This document shows positions 12,576-27,851 of a DNA stretch of 64,000 nucleotides, piece after piece. Each line of letters opens with the position of its first letter. The first letter of the stretch is position 1. The stretch is from Antedon mediterranea (taxonomy: Eukaryota; Animalia; Echinodermata). The DNA lies in contig NC_092670.1 in NCBI RefSeq assembly GCF_964355755.1, positions 15,734,795-15,798,794 on the forward strand, written 5' to 3'. The notes below the pieces were generated by a model that was not told the DNA's origin, did not search any database, and saw only the letters and a program-made list of their open reading frames with translations. A program made the position numbers and the translations under genes.

Positions 12576-14688
12576 ATTTGAGTTATCTACTTTATTGTTC
12601 CACGTTAATTTCATCAATGGATCTTCTGATCTATCACATACGAATGATTCTGCCACGTCTTATTCGAATCGCTGCCGCATTACATACATAATAATGACAA
12701 ACACGTATTTCAATTTCCTGGCAAATAAATGTAGATATTAGTGTCAAAAGTTATATCGTGCTGTTTTCAGTATTTATTCAAAAAAAGTCTGAATGGATAT
12801 ATTATTTGGTTTGTCAAGATAGCGATGGAGGTGGAGAGAAAGCAAATACAGGAACTGGATTGGGTATCGAATCTCTGTGGTCAAGTAAGGAAGAGTAATT
12901 TTACTTTCCTTGCTATGTCCCGTGTGCAGAAGCAACAGGAATTGTAACTTCCAAATCGGCCCGGTTCTTCAGTGACGTCATAATTCAAGTTGTTGGGTTA
13001 TATCAAGGCAATTGTCAAGTTTCATATCTCGTTTTAAACATGATAATTATATGCATTTTTTAATTTGCAACCAAAACGTGAATTCTTCTTTATACCCGGC
13101 CGTATTCCTCTTTCTCATTAAGAGCCTTGTTTCAAATGAGAATATTTTCCAAGTGAGTAAACCTCTAATATTTCCAATATGTATCGTCGCGCATCATATA
13201 AGCTTTAATGTTTATATTTACTGTACCAGGATAACCTATGCCTAATGTCATTTATTCATTCAATCATATCTTTACTTAGTCTTTTTAAAAATCTCAAACA
13301 AGAAACAACACAAAACGATGGTAATCAAGTAGACAATAAGCAAGGAATAAAATCGCTGAAGCAAATCTCACTAATAACTGACTTATCCACCTTAGATTAC
13401 ATAACAAAAAATTTGATAAATTAAAGAAATAAAATCAACGTTTTAGAATAATAGTAAAGTCAGCATCATTTTAGGGGATGTCATTGAATTGAATCTAGTC
13501 ATTTATTAACCGAACCTGGGAGAGTTAATGTAATGTATAAATATTTTTATGTTGTCAATAATTGCATGCCTTTCCGAATAATGAGGCATTCGTAGAAACA
13601 GATTATGAATAATCGCTTTCCGTTTTGCTTATGTCTATAGAAAGTAGGCCTATGGGTTAATGGACTGTTGGTTTTCTACTCTTAATAGCTCGTATACTAG
13701 AGTAAAATATTGCGCATGCGCAGATAGTTTAAAGGTATGTTTTTGTTGAGTGCTTGCCGAAACTACAGTAGGCCTACAAAAAACTGAAATGTTCAATAAC
13801 ATCTTGTATTTATGAGTGTTCAGTATGCGAATCTGTATGTCTAATGATTTTGTTGAATTACCACAAAGAAATGTTTGATCAGAGATGTTATGTTGTGTAA
13901 ATGGACAAACTCATTATGTTGTTTGCGTTTTTTCGGATGTACCAACATGAGAACTGTACGTGTCTTCTGCAAATAAGTTCTGTCAACATACATTTCCCGC
14001 CAAAAGCACTTAATTGTCTTATGATTCACACAGGCAACATTTCTAGTATAGTTCGCCGAACATTTGTCCATCAATGAGATGATTTACATCACCTTGTATT
14101 AGTATCCTCCACTGAGAGTGTACACTATTAAAAGCATTCAATTGCAATAATTAGCTACGATTCGATCGACAGCGCGTCACACAGGTAATTTAGATAAAGT
14201 AGCAGACGACAACATCGTCTTTCTAGTCGGCGTGCTATGCTCTACTTCAATGGTACTTTATGACAGTAAATGATGTAATATGAAATCAGTAAGTACACTA
14301 AGCTACTGAACTTTGTATTCATGAATAACTAGGGTTATTATTACATTCATCACCTTTGAAAAGAATCTATAATGGTTTTCTGGTAAAGGAGTAGGATATC
14401 TGACTTGACACTACACCAACTTAGTTATGGTATTCTTCAAAGATCCTCGATTTAAAATGATAAATTGCAACATGCAGTTTGGCAAATCCTCAATACAAGT
14501 TCAATGACTTTCCTATGCTTTATGTATTGTGCTTAGCTGACGCAACCTCTAGTATGGTCATAGTATATGGCTTTAAAAGAGATGTTCATTTTAAAATTAT
14601 TAACTAAGATATTCTACCCTTACTCTCTTCACCCTCTATTCACCAGCATGTGCCTCTTTTGTTTTCATTTCTTTCATTCCAGTTCACT

Positions 14689-14778
14689 TAGTGTTGCCTG
14701 AAAGCTCTGCAAATTGTTCTGGCTGTTTTTACTTTTTTTTAAATTTGTTTTGATTTAGCTATTTGTTATTTTGTATTG
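14689..14778 (+). mobile_element. Penelope-like repeat fragment (3' half of hammerhead motif plus T-rich tail)
   Basis: TAGTGTTGCCTGAAAGCTCTGCAAA..TTCTGGCTGTTTTTACT..GTTTTGATTTAGC matches 53561-53640. Confidence 0.55.
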
Positions 14779-15676
14779 TATAGATTTGTTTGAGATATTT
14801 TTACTTGTTAAATTTTAAAATAATTGTTTTGCCCGCCATGCAGTATAGCAGCAAAGTATATGAATCCATTAGCCGTGAGGTCAATTAAGAGGTCAATTAA
14901 AAATACCATCAATTAAATGAAATAACTCTATAACCATCAATGTACACGTCACAAACACAGAAGAGCGAAATACAATAAAGCGCTCTGAACATTAATTGCA
15001 ACAAAATTAATATTTGCGCTTTAATTTCATAAATAACTCCGGAAGGTTCTTACAGAAGTAGATAATATAAACAGAAAAATCACATAACTTACAATGAAAT
15101 ACAAATAATTTAAAATAACAATCATTCTAATTATCTTTACGTTAAATACAAATCACTATTAAAATGTTACTGTGGATTGATTTAGGTACAAAAGGTGATC
15201 ATTTAGTAGCCGTGGCTATAATTCTGATGTCACAATAATTGAAGTTCGATCGTTGCCAATTTAGTTTTCATCCGTAGGCATTTTAATGTAGACAGTGTTA
15301 GCATGTAATGGCACCATTTCTAGGTTTTTGCGCAAAGCGTTCTTTTGGAATTATTATGGCAACATCCACGTGGTTGAGGTGCTGTAGTTTTATTTTTTTT
15401 AAAGGGTCCACCGTAGAATTCGCCAAGGTGGGCATGAAGAATAACCACGGCTATTATTGATTTTATTTACAATACAACTATCAATTTACTAGTAATAAAA
15501 GGCAAATGCCATTTATATCAAAATTTAAGAAGAGCGTTCTTTAAAAGCTCACGCAGCCTTACGCAACAACAATTTATTTCCGTGTCACTAACACCAACAA
15601 ACAGCCAACCGGTTTGTCCAACCATGGTCCAACAGAAAGCATAATATTTAATTTAAAATAAGTCTATATATATTGG

Positions 15677-16384
15677 CTAAGAGATTACGCAATCAGACGG
15701 TTCGCCATTGTGTTTCATCTTTGGTTTACTGCTTCTCCGAATCAGACTACGACTTCGTGTCATATCCTTGTCGGAAACTCTAAATTTGCCATCCTTATGT
15801 CTCGACTTGTATCCGTACTCACTCATCCTTCTCTTGAGCACTGGACTTAACTCTCTTGCGGCTGGGATCTTTGCAAGCTCTAGAAGCTTTTGAAAGATGT
15901 CTAGAATGCTTTGGTTCTCCTTTGCAGACACTTCTAAATGTGCACAATGCCAGTTCTCATTGATAGTTATATCGTTGACTTCTCCTTCGCCGACTCGACG
16001 ACCAATCGATATATCTAGCTTATTGCCAACTACAACTACAGGTATCTGATCATAGTTAGATCGCTGCTCTCGAATCTGTTCGTAAATCTTACGAACTTCT
16101 TCAAACGATTGACGGTCATCTATAGCGTACACAAGCAGAAAGGCATGCGCAGTTGATATAGACAATCTTCTCATTGCAGGGAATGCCATTGCTCCAGACG
16201 TGTCCAGAATATCAACCTTGATATTATGTCCATTTACAGTATATTCTCTACAATGTAAATCCTCAACAGTTTCTTTATATTTTGTTTCAAACTTATTTTG
16301 TAGAAATTGCGATATGATAGAACTTTTTCCAACTCTGCCAGCTCCAAGAACAACAACTCGGTACCGCTCATCCGAATCAGACAT
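15677..16384 (-). CDS. Ras-family small GTPase, RASD (Dexras1/Rhes)-like, 235 aa, intronless CDS
   Basis: G1 GAGRVGKS, G2 YKETVED, G3 DILDTSG followed by FPAMRRLSI (RASD/Di-Ras signature), G4 NKLD, G5 EVSAK, basic C-terminal extension, CAAX CVIS (same ending as RASD1). Likely 5'UTR splice acceptor TCTTTCAG ending at 16618. Confidence 0.93.
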   Translation of the reverse strand: MSDSDERYRVVVLGAGRVGKSSIISQFLQNKFETKYKETVEDLHCREYTVNGHNIKVDILDTSGAMAFPAMRRLSISTAHAFLLVYAIDDRQSFEEVRKIYEQIREQRSNYDQIPVVVVGNKLDISIGRRVGEGEVNDITINENWHCAHLEVSAKENQSILDIFQKLLELAKIPAARELSPVLKRRMSEYGYKSRHKDGKFRVSDKDMTRSRSLIRRSSKPKMKHNGEPSDCVIS

Positions 16385-19300
16385 GTTACTTAATAGTATT
16401 TCACGTAATGGAATTCCAGCAAAAATGAAAATGTACTGTAGTAAAACTGATGACGCAATTATAAATAAATTTGATTATTCGAAATTTATTTATTAAATGT
16501 ATTCTCACTAGCTACCAATTATAACCTCTATTGTATTTTTATCCAATCGGTATCATTGTTATTCAACAAATATGTGTTCCATTTGTCTGCTAAGCTTCAT
16601 GTGCAATCTCTTCATAGCTGAAAGACAGATCACGATTTAAGACTATTCCGTTGCTTACTATGTCGTCATGGTGATAACAACCCTACGAGAAAAACATAAA
16701 AGATTTTAAAACACTTATTCAACGTTAATTATTAGTTGACCAGCAAACAGTAATTATTTTAATCTGATCGCGCTCAGATTAATTACAAGAATTTTTAAAA
16801 TCAAATTTATAACATGAGAACGCCATTGTTGTAATTTTTGGTTGCTAGCAATCAATTCATTTCCTGCAATAAACAAAATATGATGATTAAATTTCATTAT
16901 TAAAAAATTCACTTCCGTTTCAAAGAATATATTACCAAAGTATTCAAACCTAACACCAATCATTTCAGTAGTGTTAACATAATAACAAACGTTATTATTC
17001 AAATTTATTTACGCCCGCAGTCATCGAGTACGATTACTGATGCTGTGTTACATCATAGCCAATCAAAAATTAAAAACAATGACAGCACTAATGACGAATA
17101 TGGAAAATGCTTTTAGTAGGAATCGTCCGGGTACTTGTTAGAGTGACATCATGTTGTATATTTTAAAATGTAAATTAGAAACTGTTCATAATTAATGATT
17201 GTTATCTCCAAGGCTGTTCAACCCGACCAAAAGCAGCTGCCCTTTAGAAATTCCATTTAAAATCATAAGCATGACAAAATAGATCCAGCTAGCTAATTTC
17301 AAAGTTACTCGAGCGAGTTTAAGGCCTGTAATGCTCCAGAAACTGTGGCCATTTGCCTAGCATTAAACATAATACCGTTTTTTTTTATTATGAAGGAGGT
17401 TGTATTTTGATAATGCATTTTATTTTATTGAAGGCCGTGTAATGATGTTGGATTGCATCGATATGTAAAGAAACAATTCTTAAGTTAATGGCTGCTTTAA
17501 GTTCCCCTTTAAGCAAAAGTAAAATGTTATCGTGAAAAGAAGATGAGAGACGAAATTGACGCTTCCAGCTAACGTTGCTTCTTAGTATGATCAATTTTGA
17601 TGTTTTTGACTTTCAATGGCTAAAAATATTAGATACATTCTAGGAAGCATTGTAATTCTTTTTCTACAAATTTGGCTTAAAGCATGATTAGTTTTGGTAC
17701 TAGGGAGATTGGTCAGGCTCCCATGGAGTGTGAAGCAACGCAGTCACACATGTAGTACTAAATAATCCTGAAAATTGCAGAAAATATTGAATTTTGAAAG
17801 AAAAAAAACCAACACGACGGCACTATTAGGCTAGTCCAGTACTACTTTCTGTTTCTCTCAATCAATTTGTGTCGTTATACTGTTTAGGCCTGATTTGAAG
17901 CAACAATTTAATGTTTCATAAATGAATAACTCTTAATGTGCACACGAAATTTTTATTTATCAACTTACTGTTTGTCAATTAGGTATAACATAACTTAGCG
18001 GTGATGAACTCAGATTTTACGAGTATGTAACACCTTCTGTTCATCAAACGAAACGACTATTCTGAAGAAAAGAGCCAGTTGACACCATAAAGATTCTTAT
18101 TTCTTTCTGCTAACACGCACGTAAATCTCTTTGGAACAATAAATTAATTCTCTCTATTCGATAAGAAAGTATACATCACTGAATTGAATGAAACATCACC
18201 CTTCTATTCAGAATATAAATTTTGCAAGTTCCCCGGTGTTTGTATCCATCCAGATTTATCCAGGGACAGTCTTACTTGTACCTGGCTGCTGTAGTCGCCA
18301 GTTTATCCAGGGGCGTATTAATCAATGTCTTAAGCTTTAATAGAATGCTAGGTAGAATTCCAAATTGCAATCGATGGATTAAGATATGAAATTATGTCTA
18401 AAGTTATATTTCTTCTAAAAGTAACGTTTTTAAATCATTTTTTATCACCAAATAAATAAGATGAAATTCTTTGAACATTAAAAAAAGATAAAATGATTCC
18501 TTGGTTACTGATAAACGAAAATTCAATTTCAAAGGAATTGAATGTAACTAATATTGAACGCTATAACTTCAACTTTAACTGAATAAAACCTATATATCAA
18601 GAAAAATTATGTTACTGTGGATTCGACTTAAAAGTTTGAAATGTATGTCGGCTTCAGATAATCGCATGATTGGTAATTACCGCGCGGTACTTTTTTATAA
18701 CACGCATTACATCAATCAATTTATTCGTAAATTTTGCCTCAACAGTTCACTAATCTTCACAATAAAATAGTTTTTGCCATTCGACTATAATAAAATACAT
18801 TAATAATGTAAAACATGCTGGAAGTCATGCGCGACAGACAGTGGGGATTAGAATACGATAACATTTCATGTCTCTAATGTCAAATTGTCCAAAAAAAGAA
18901 CTAGTGTGTAACGAAATTATCCGAACATGCAATGGAATAGTTCATTGCAGTCCTCTAGCGGGGACCAGTCAGGTCCACCCCTCTACCCCCTACATTATAA
19001 TATTATATATAATCATCGTATTTTAGTATGACGATAAAAACAGATTTAGTGAAAATTATTATAATTTTTTTCCCGTTTCATTTTCGGTGCTAATTATATT
19101 TTACGTGTCTAATAAAGCGTAATTTATATGCTCTCGTAAATACACACTATTGATTTGGAGATATTGTGTTCGTCTTTTTATGTATTCCTGAAAATAGAAA
19201 ATACCAAGAGTTATATCAACTCTTTCTTCTTCATAAGTAAATATGTTTCTGTTGTTTAGCTTGTCATAATAACACTAACTATTCATTTTGAAACATTACT

Positions 19301-22300
19301 ATAAATATAAAGGAATAAATGTTAATAGATATCCAAAATATAATATGTGAATTGCATAAAACTCTGTATGGTATAATCTTTAACCTACAATGCACTTTTA
19401 CGTTACGCGTGTCGCGCGCGCGCCGCTACGTGTAAATACGTACACCATATATAATTTTTGAACGCTTCCGTTTATCATCCGTTTTTGTATTCATATCAGC
19501 TGTTTCTTCAGCATAACGCAATACGATTCTTTTAAGTGAGCCACTTAAATCTAAATTTTACCTCATTAAATTTGTAATTAATTTACTAATTGCACTTTAC
19601 TATTATGCTTTTCCATTTCCAAATCGTGACAAAAGTGATACAAACATAGTTGTGGCGGCAACATACATGATGCTCACCACACACGCAAAAGACAAATTTA
19701 CTAGCGCTACACGTTCCAACAATACCAGCCATGTAATGAAACGTGCCGGTGCTGCATTGTCAACGATTTGCAAACTCGTCTATTTTCTTCTTCAGTACAA
19801 ATTAAATCGACATTAGCACCAGGTTGGGCATTCTTAACTTCGTTAGCCTGTATATAGTTTCTTTGCTGATTTTTTTTTACAGTGAGGTCGTCGTTAATTT
19901 TGCGTAATTTCCTTTCACGTCCTTTTGAAAGGTTTCGTAATTTAGCATTGGACATGACAATAACTTAACTTAACCACTCAGCCGGATGGTTCTTAATTTT
20001 CTAAGTTACGTGACAAACGCTAATCTACACGTTGTGTGCGAGTTGAAGCACTACACAATGTTTTCCGTTTCTATAACAACGTTGATAATGTGTTAAATCG
20101 ATAAAACCAGGTTATGGGGGACAATTGTTCTTTCAAAGCTGAGATTTGGTTATTATACTATCGATCCGGTCAGGTGACCTATAACAGCAACATAGCCTAC
20201 CTACCTGTGGGTGAAGTGAACATGCAGTAAATTCAGTTGACCTCAGAAAAGCTGGATAAAGATAAAAAACTATCTAATTATCACATTTTGATTTGACGTT
20301 TATTTAATTAATGTTGATTCTCTTTTATCTCAAAATAATTAAAATTACATTAAAGAGCGCCTCATAGAGTTTACATCGCGCCCTCTATCACAAGCTTTTG
20401 TTCAGACAAATGATGTTTATTACAACTTAATTCAGAACCACTTTATATTTAATACATCATCTTTTATTTATAGTTATTCTTTGAAAATATGGAAAGTTGA
20501 ATTTTGCAATTTCCCATTTCTGAATGCAATTATGCGATAGTAATTTTAAATATACACAGATTCGTCTTGATGACTCGCGTAATAATTCCATTAAAACATA
20601 ATTTAACATCTAACAACATGCCAGTTGAGTATTTTAGTAAAGATAAATGATTTAAAATTGGCATTGATTGTCCATTAGATTCTCTATTTAATATCATAAG
20701 ATTTACGACGGGGGAGGTTAAACTGTCATTTAGTATTAATTTCTACGCCTAACCGACAGTGTACAGTATATAGGAAAATAAATTAGAGGCACGCAGAATA
20801 TGAATAATTATGCCATGTGATTATTATATGAACTAAATGCTGAAAACATCAATGCTGTAGGTATCATGTGACTTTATATTTATTTATTTATTCTTATTTA
20901 TTTCAATTTGATTAGAATAGAATACAAAATAGCAAAAAAAAAAAGAAATCGTGAGTTTTGCTGGGAAATATGACAGGGTATGACAGGGCATGACAGGGTA
21001 TTACTAAAAAAAGACTTAATGCCAGATGTAGGCCTAGTAGTTTTTATTGGTCTACGGTATGTTGCCATTGTTTCTATTAACTTCACACAGTTTTAGCCTT
21101 TAATATATTATGTATTAATAATATTCCTACTTAGGGGCATTTCCACCGCCAACAAGAAAGCTTAACACTGATTAAGTAATATTTAATTATTATAACGTGT
21201 CTTTTTGTGATATAAATTATTTAAGTCGTGTAGTAAGTAAGTGTATACTTATTTTCGATAGGCATTTAAACATTGGTGGTCCGCTGACAACGATTGCATT
21301 AAATCATCTTATCGTTCCGAGTGGAATATCATAAAATATGGGGTTTTTTTTCAAAATAGCAGATTCAAACTTCAATCTTAAAAAAGTGATTCACCTTGAA
21401 CAATAAAAGAACCGTTGAAAAAATAAGCATAGTCTGTCTCGTTTAGCTGTCTACAATTAATAATAGAAGCATATATAATTCAAACATCCATATAAACGAT
21501 TACGAACAACAAAGAGCATCTAAAAGCGAAGGGGAAAAGAGAGAGAAATATAAATCGTCAAGACAATCTCTGAACGCACACTATAAGATACAGAAAAGTT
21601 GCATAGTCAAGTAAAATAAAATTATCAATCAACAAAATACTCAAGTAATCAGATTACTTATAATCTAGCTTGCAGAAGAACAACTTCCGTAAGTAGTCAG
21701 AATTGGTCGTATAATATATAACGCCGCTAAGAGTTCGGCAAAAAGTGCCTGGAGTACTCAGAATATTAGGTAATCCTGTGAAGCGTGGTATATATTATAA
21801 CTGATCACCTTTAGCTAACAAACGTTGATTAATACCGTAATTAACCAGGGGTTTGCGATCAAAAGGGGTCTCTATAGTTAATTCTCCCTGCGGGCACTCT
21901 CTATCATGTCAGTTGCAGTGGAATACGCAACGTAAACTGTATACTTATAGCAAATTAATTGCACGTTCACTATAAATATATATCGTGTGAAACTAGCAAC
22001 CTATATACATTTGATTCTGAATTTATACAGATCGTTAATAATATTACTATTAATATAAATGATAATTAATTAAATGAATGAATTTAAGTGGTTATTACTC
22101 CTAATTATATTGATGGTTAATAATGCATACCACCATTTTCGTATCACCAGGTTCTCGTACAGTAACGTCTAGCGACAATAAACATCCCCATTAATTATAG
22201 TTTGTTGTCTCCTGACTAACCTCACTCACATGGGTTTGCCCCTGAAACTATGCCTATGTTTGTTTGGACAAAGCCTGTTACCGTCTTTTGACACGAAGTT

Positions 22301-25300
22301 TTTGGTGTCTTTTTAGACATAAAACCGTACCAGAATCGAATCAAGTTACATCATGTAAAAGCGTCATTACATAGGACTGAGAATAAAGTAAATTGCATTA
22401 GAAAAAAATAATTCAATGAGTTGTGTGTAAACAAGAGGCAAACTGATCCATTAGTGAAATCTCTGGTGATGCTTTTTAATTAAATTACATGCTGTAAAAT
22501 CTCAGCTCTAAAATAATGATTTTAATAGCTTCATGTTCTACCGATTTGTTTACAAAAATATCGTAAGAGGGTTCATGCCAATTAACGTTTTTAGGTCAAA
22601 ATTAAATCATAGCTCTGTCTTATATTGTGTACTGTATCCTTCGTCGAAAACATACAGTGAGGAAGCCATGAGCATCAAATCGAATCCCTACAATGCACAC
22701 AGTAAGAATATACTATACGATTTTAATGGTGTAGAAGAAAACATACATTGAAATAAATAAAAACCAGAAAACCTTTTTGAATATCAGAGATAAAATACTT
22801 GCTTCGTTTCATAACTGACTCGCTTCTTTAATTACCTTGACTAAGTTTAAATGTTGTCAATAACGTTTTGATAACGAATGCATACACTTCATAAAACCTC
22901 GTATAAGAAACAGCAGAAGGATATACGATCGTTTATTATCTCACAATCTTGCAATTAGTTTAAAATGTTCGCCGTTGAAAGAGCGTGACGTTTGATGTAT
23001 TATATGGCATTTCATGTACCGATGGACGGCTTATACAAAGGCCTACGGTGTATTCGCACAAAGGGAGGATGAAAGGAAAAACATTCTATAAGTAGGCCTA
23101 ATAGAACGCATTGAATACACTCTTATAGTTTGTGAAATTATCTAGAGATCTACAAGGTGAATGGGAAACATAAGAAATGTACAAAATACAAAAAGAAGCA
23201 ATAACAATAGTTTCATTTTCAAAGAATGAAATGTCTATAATGATATACAACTATCATAATGAAGATTCTGATTAAGTTTAGTAATGAAGAAATAATTGAA
23301 ATAAACGTGAGTGAATCTCACAAAAAAAGTATAAACGCACTATATTATCTCTTCTCTAGTGCAACAGAGGAAAATGGAAAAGTCAAACCATTGGCTTACT
23401 AGATAATTCTGTAGTAGACAAATGTTCTTTTAAATATAAATATAAAGAAGAGCAAGAATTCTTTTTGTAGCAATGAAAAGCTAAAAATCTTTTTAAGGAA
23501 TTGGAAACCGATTATGTAGACCAAGAAATTGCTCGGTTAGCTTCAACTACTACTATTATAATGAATACTGACTGCAGACCGAATGTAATTTAAGACAAAT
23601 AAAAGATCCCTTCAGGGAAAAAATAATATATTGAAGAATTTTGAAATTCGATATTAAGAACGATCTTTTTTTATCGAAAAAAAAAGTATATTTATCTATT
23701 TAATTGATGCTTTCATTTAAGCTTATTTCTGACTATATGTTTACTTTACTATCGAATCATGTTAAGATAGGCCTTTTAACCATGTTGCCCTTTTCCATTC
23801 TCTTTTATCATTTATGAGGCTTTCAAAGCACTCACAGTTTAATAATTCAACGTACTGTAATTGTTTAATTGTAATCATCTTTAATTTCTGTAATGGTTTT
23901 TTTCTTTTTTTTCCAAAAATCTTAAATCAATTTGTGCAATTTATTTACATATTTTTTAAATGGAAACAAACGTATTTAGCTGGCAGGTGTACCGTATATT
24001 TTTATACGTTAATATAAAATAAACAAATATTGATTACCAATATTAATATTTACTAAGAGTTTTTTCTAAGTTTGAATTTAATTAGCCAATTATTTTACTA
24101 TTGACTATATCTGAGAGAGTTTTGACTATCATGATTTAAGAATTATTCTCCAGAGTGGTAACATCAAAACGTCTTTTGTGTCTTTTTTTTTTTTATTTAG
24201 CAAATGTTTCGTTCTGATCATGGAGAAATATGTTCTAATTGATTTGTTTGTAAATATTGTTTAGAAATTAGTCGAACTTATTTCTCCATGGAATAACATA
24301 CGGTACAAAATATTTCCTTTCTATTCCGTATACTCCATACAGACATGTTCTGTTTGTATCTCAGTTGATTTTAGCACGACCACTCTCAGTCGTTTCCTAA
24401 AAGATTCGTTAAGTTGGATTTGCAACTAATCTGTAACAGTTTAGTAAGTCTGTGTTTTGGTATTTAACGCTAGCTTGTAATTCCAATTATTTATGCTACG
24501 CAAATCTCTCAAATCTGCAAGTATATCAATACCAATAGTAATCTTAAACTTGCATAAAATACTATACAATAATATAACAGTCATTCTACTCTGGCAACCA
24601 TATTTGTTTAGAGATGATACAATTTGAAGGCAACATAACAAGTAATTTCAGGATATGAAAATATTTAATGGGTAATTCAAATGTTCTAGTATCAATTACT
24701 ACGGTAGCTGTTTATTGAGTCACTGAGTCTGGTACCTTATGTTCGGTTGCAATTATGTTATACAAATCAACCATTTGCACTAAAATAAAAGAAAACGTTT
24801 TTGATAGGACCGTTCTTTCATTATATGTATACAAAATTTCAAAAGACCACAATTCGTAAAATACGAAATCGGTTACAAACCAAACAATACTGATTGTGTG
24901 AATGTCGAACAAATAATAGATATATTACAGTAAAACAAACATTTTACATATTTTGGATGCAGGCCTACGAAGCATGGTACGGCTAATGAAAACACTACAC
25001 GTAATTGTTTCAAAAGATAGATTTACATTGATGTATTCATACTTACCGTGTTTCGGCTCTTAACTGTAATTCCAATGTATTCCGTCAAATAATACGCCAA
25101 CCGAATTTCGAATACACACAAGTATAAAAACAGAAAACGCGTAAATCCTAATACAATGTATTATAAAACACCATCTGTCGCAAAGATAGACAGTGAAGGC
25201 GGATCAATGCATTGTACATACAGGTATTATGAAATAATAATAATACTTTTTTTATGGATTCATATCTGTTGATAGTGCGCGCTGTGCAATAACAACAGGC

Positions 25301-27851
25301 TATAAACTGTATAACTGCTATCTTTGATATTATAGAGCAACTATTTGCTCTATGATACTAAACGCGATGCGTTGGATGTTATAACCAATACGGTAATAAG
25401 CAGACGTTAAAGTAGATGGCGCGAAACTGCAATAGATCGAATAAACTAATATGTATCACTAAAACACAATACTGATGCAATGTACAGACAGCATTGCTAA
25501 TAGAATTGATCAATGGTAGATAGCCGATTCATATCAATATTAGTGTATATTGCTGTGCAAGTTTATTTCAATTTTAAATAAATAAAGACCGCGAAAATGT
25601 CTTTAACAAATAAAGACAAACGTATTTTTTGATTGTACAAAGTTAAACTAGGGGGCGATATTGCAGTTTGATTCATTGTCATGTTTAAATATTAAAGTTT
25701 TGCTTTAAAGGCTAGGCGCGGGCAAGAAATTCCAATTCCATACATTCCAATAATTATCGATCTATAGTTTCCCCTATGTTTCATAACTTTTGGGATTTTA
25801 TTTGTGTTACACGGGCTTGTTGAAAATAAGTACTTTCTTATCAGTTGGGGAGGGGGGGGGGGGGAATAGTTCAAATTACACAGTAAAATCTCTATTCTTT
25901 TGTACACACATTTTGGAAATAGAGGGGCATTTTAAAAGCTATGAAAAATAAACGGTGTAGTAAAAAATGTTATCAGATGACTAAATATGGGTATAAATGG
26001 AATTTTACATTTCAGATGTTTATATTCATGCTATAGCAAAAATTATCCACCATCTATCCACCATCTTTTTTCACCTTCTAGGGAGTCACCAGACATGTTA
26101 TTACATTAGGTTAAACTACCTAACAACTGAAAAAAGTCTTCCTGGTTTTTATGGCAGAATTTCGCCAAATTTTGTATTTGACCATATTAAGGGAAATTCA
26201 TGTTTTTTCGTCTTGATTTCTGTTACAAATATTTGATTTATGTACAATTAACAAGATATTATATTCAAAATTCATGCGTGTACCTGAGCTTAAAAAATAT
26301 ATAAAATTATTATCACAAAAAAAATCATACTTTTATTTCCAATATTATTCAGGTACATTATATTTTAAAAACCATTATATTATTTACTGGTACAGTACAC
26401 TACATCTAAAACATTGTTTTACAGTTGGAATATATGAACGTAAAATGTTGTCATAAACTACGATTTTGTTAATGAATTACAGTACTGTTACTGCTGAGTA
26501 TATTGTAACTGTGTTCAGAAAGCCTGAAATAATATTGGCCATTTTGTTTAGTAATCATTGTTAAAATATACACAAAATATACATACGTTTTAATATAATA
26601 ATATTAATTATATTACAATTCTAAAATATCCACTGTATGTACCAAGAATATTATAAATGAAACTTATGGTTAAATTATAATAAACGTTCATAATATGTAT
26701 TCATAATTATAATTTAAATTGTTACAGATTTATATGAAATGTTCATTATTGTTTACCGTATCTTCCTTAACATATTAATTCATTATATTATAAAACATCT
26801 CACAAATTGTTTTTGTAAAAATTTCATCAATGTTAAAAAAACTAATTGTTAGAGTGACTATATGATACCAAAAAGAGTGGCACTTCTGAAAGGCCTTTTT
26901 ACTAAAAAATAACCTAAAAATAAACTACAAAATTTAATAATAAATTAGCCTAAATAACAATTTTAATTCTAAATTATACTTCCACCCACATCTCTCATTA
27001 GAAACAATAAGTATTATACATACTAAAAGAAACTCTGATTACATCCTTAAAACTAAACTCAGTAAAAAAACACATAAATAAATGTGGCATTCTGTAGTAA
27101 AAAGAAATAGTATGATTTGTCAACAGATAATTTACATAAAGCTAGCTATACTCACATTGCATAGTCAGAACAACTTTTTGTTCAAATGCTGATATACAGT
27201 AAATAAATGAATCAAAATACTATGAAGTTTAAATCTGGAATAAGTTTGACAAATGTACATTTCTCTAATTCATCCTTTCCACTATCAAGCCAATAGAAGA
27301 ATGAGATAGAAAGCTGCAAAACACACTTGTTTCCAGCTTATCTGTCTTACAATGTGCATATTTTATAACTTAATTGCTATATCCAGCCCAAGTCACAATG
27401 TTTTTTAAATCAACTAATTTAAATGATAAAATCCTTAAAATAAAGTAATACTAATTAGCAATTAAAAGTGCAATGAAAGGATTTGAGTAGCAATGAGGAA
27501 ACCTCTCAACTCTACTAGACCACTATTTGCGAGCTTAAATCTCTGCTGGCAAAAATGTTTAAACGCTCCAGATATTAAATTTCTAGATTGTTTATTATAT
27601 AATATAAACCTTTGCACCAACATCCATAATAACTCCATTTTTTTCCCGCAAAACAAGTGTCGGTTTAAAGGTTCTTATATTAAAACCCATAGAGAAGTTA
27701 ACCTTGGAGCTACCATTTAAGTTTTTTTGTAGGTATTAAAATGTATTATGTATCCATCAAATAATATACATTTACAGTCATTCAATTTGAGTAGGATAAC
27801 TCATAACAACTCACCAACAAACAAGCCATTTGGATATTTTAAAAGAACTTC

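Noticed and set aside
23200-23790. Possible decayed LINE 3' end (RGKW..C..EEQEFFL-like)
   Set aside because: Too degenerate to support by eye; needs a profile search.
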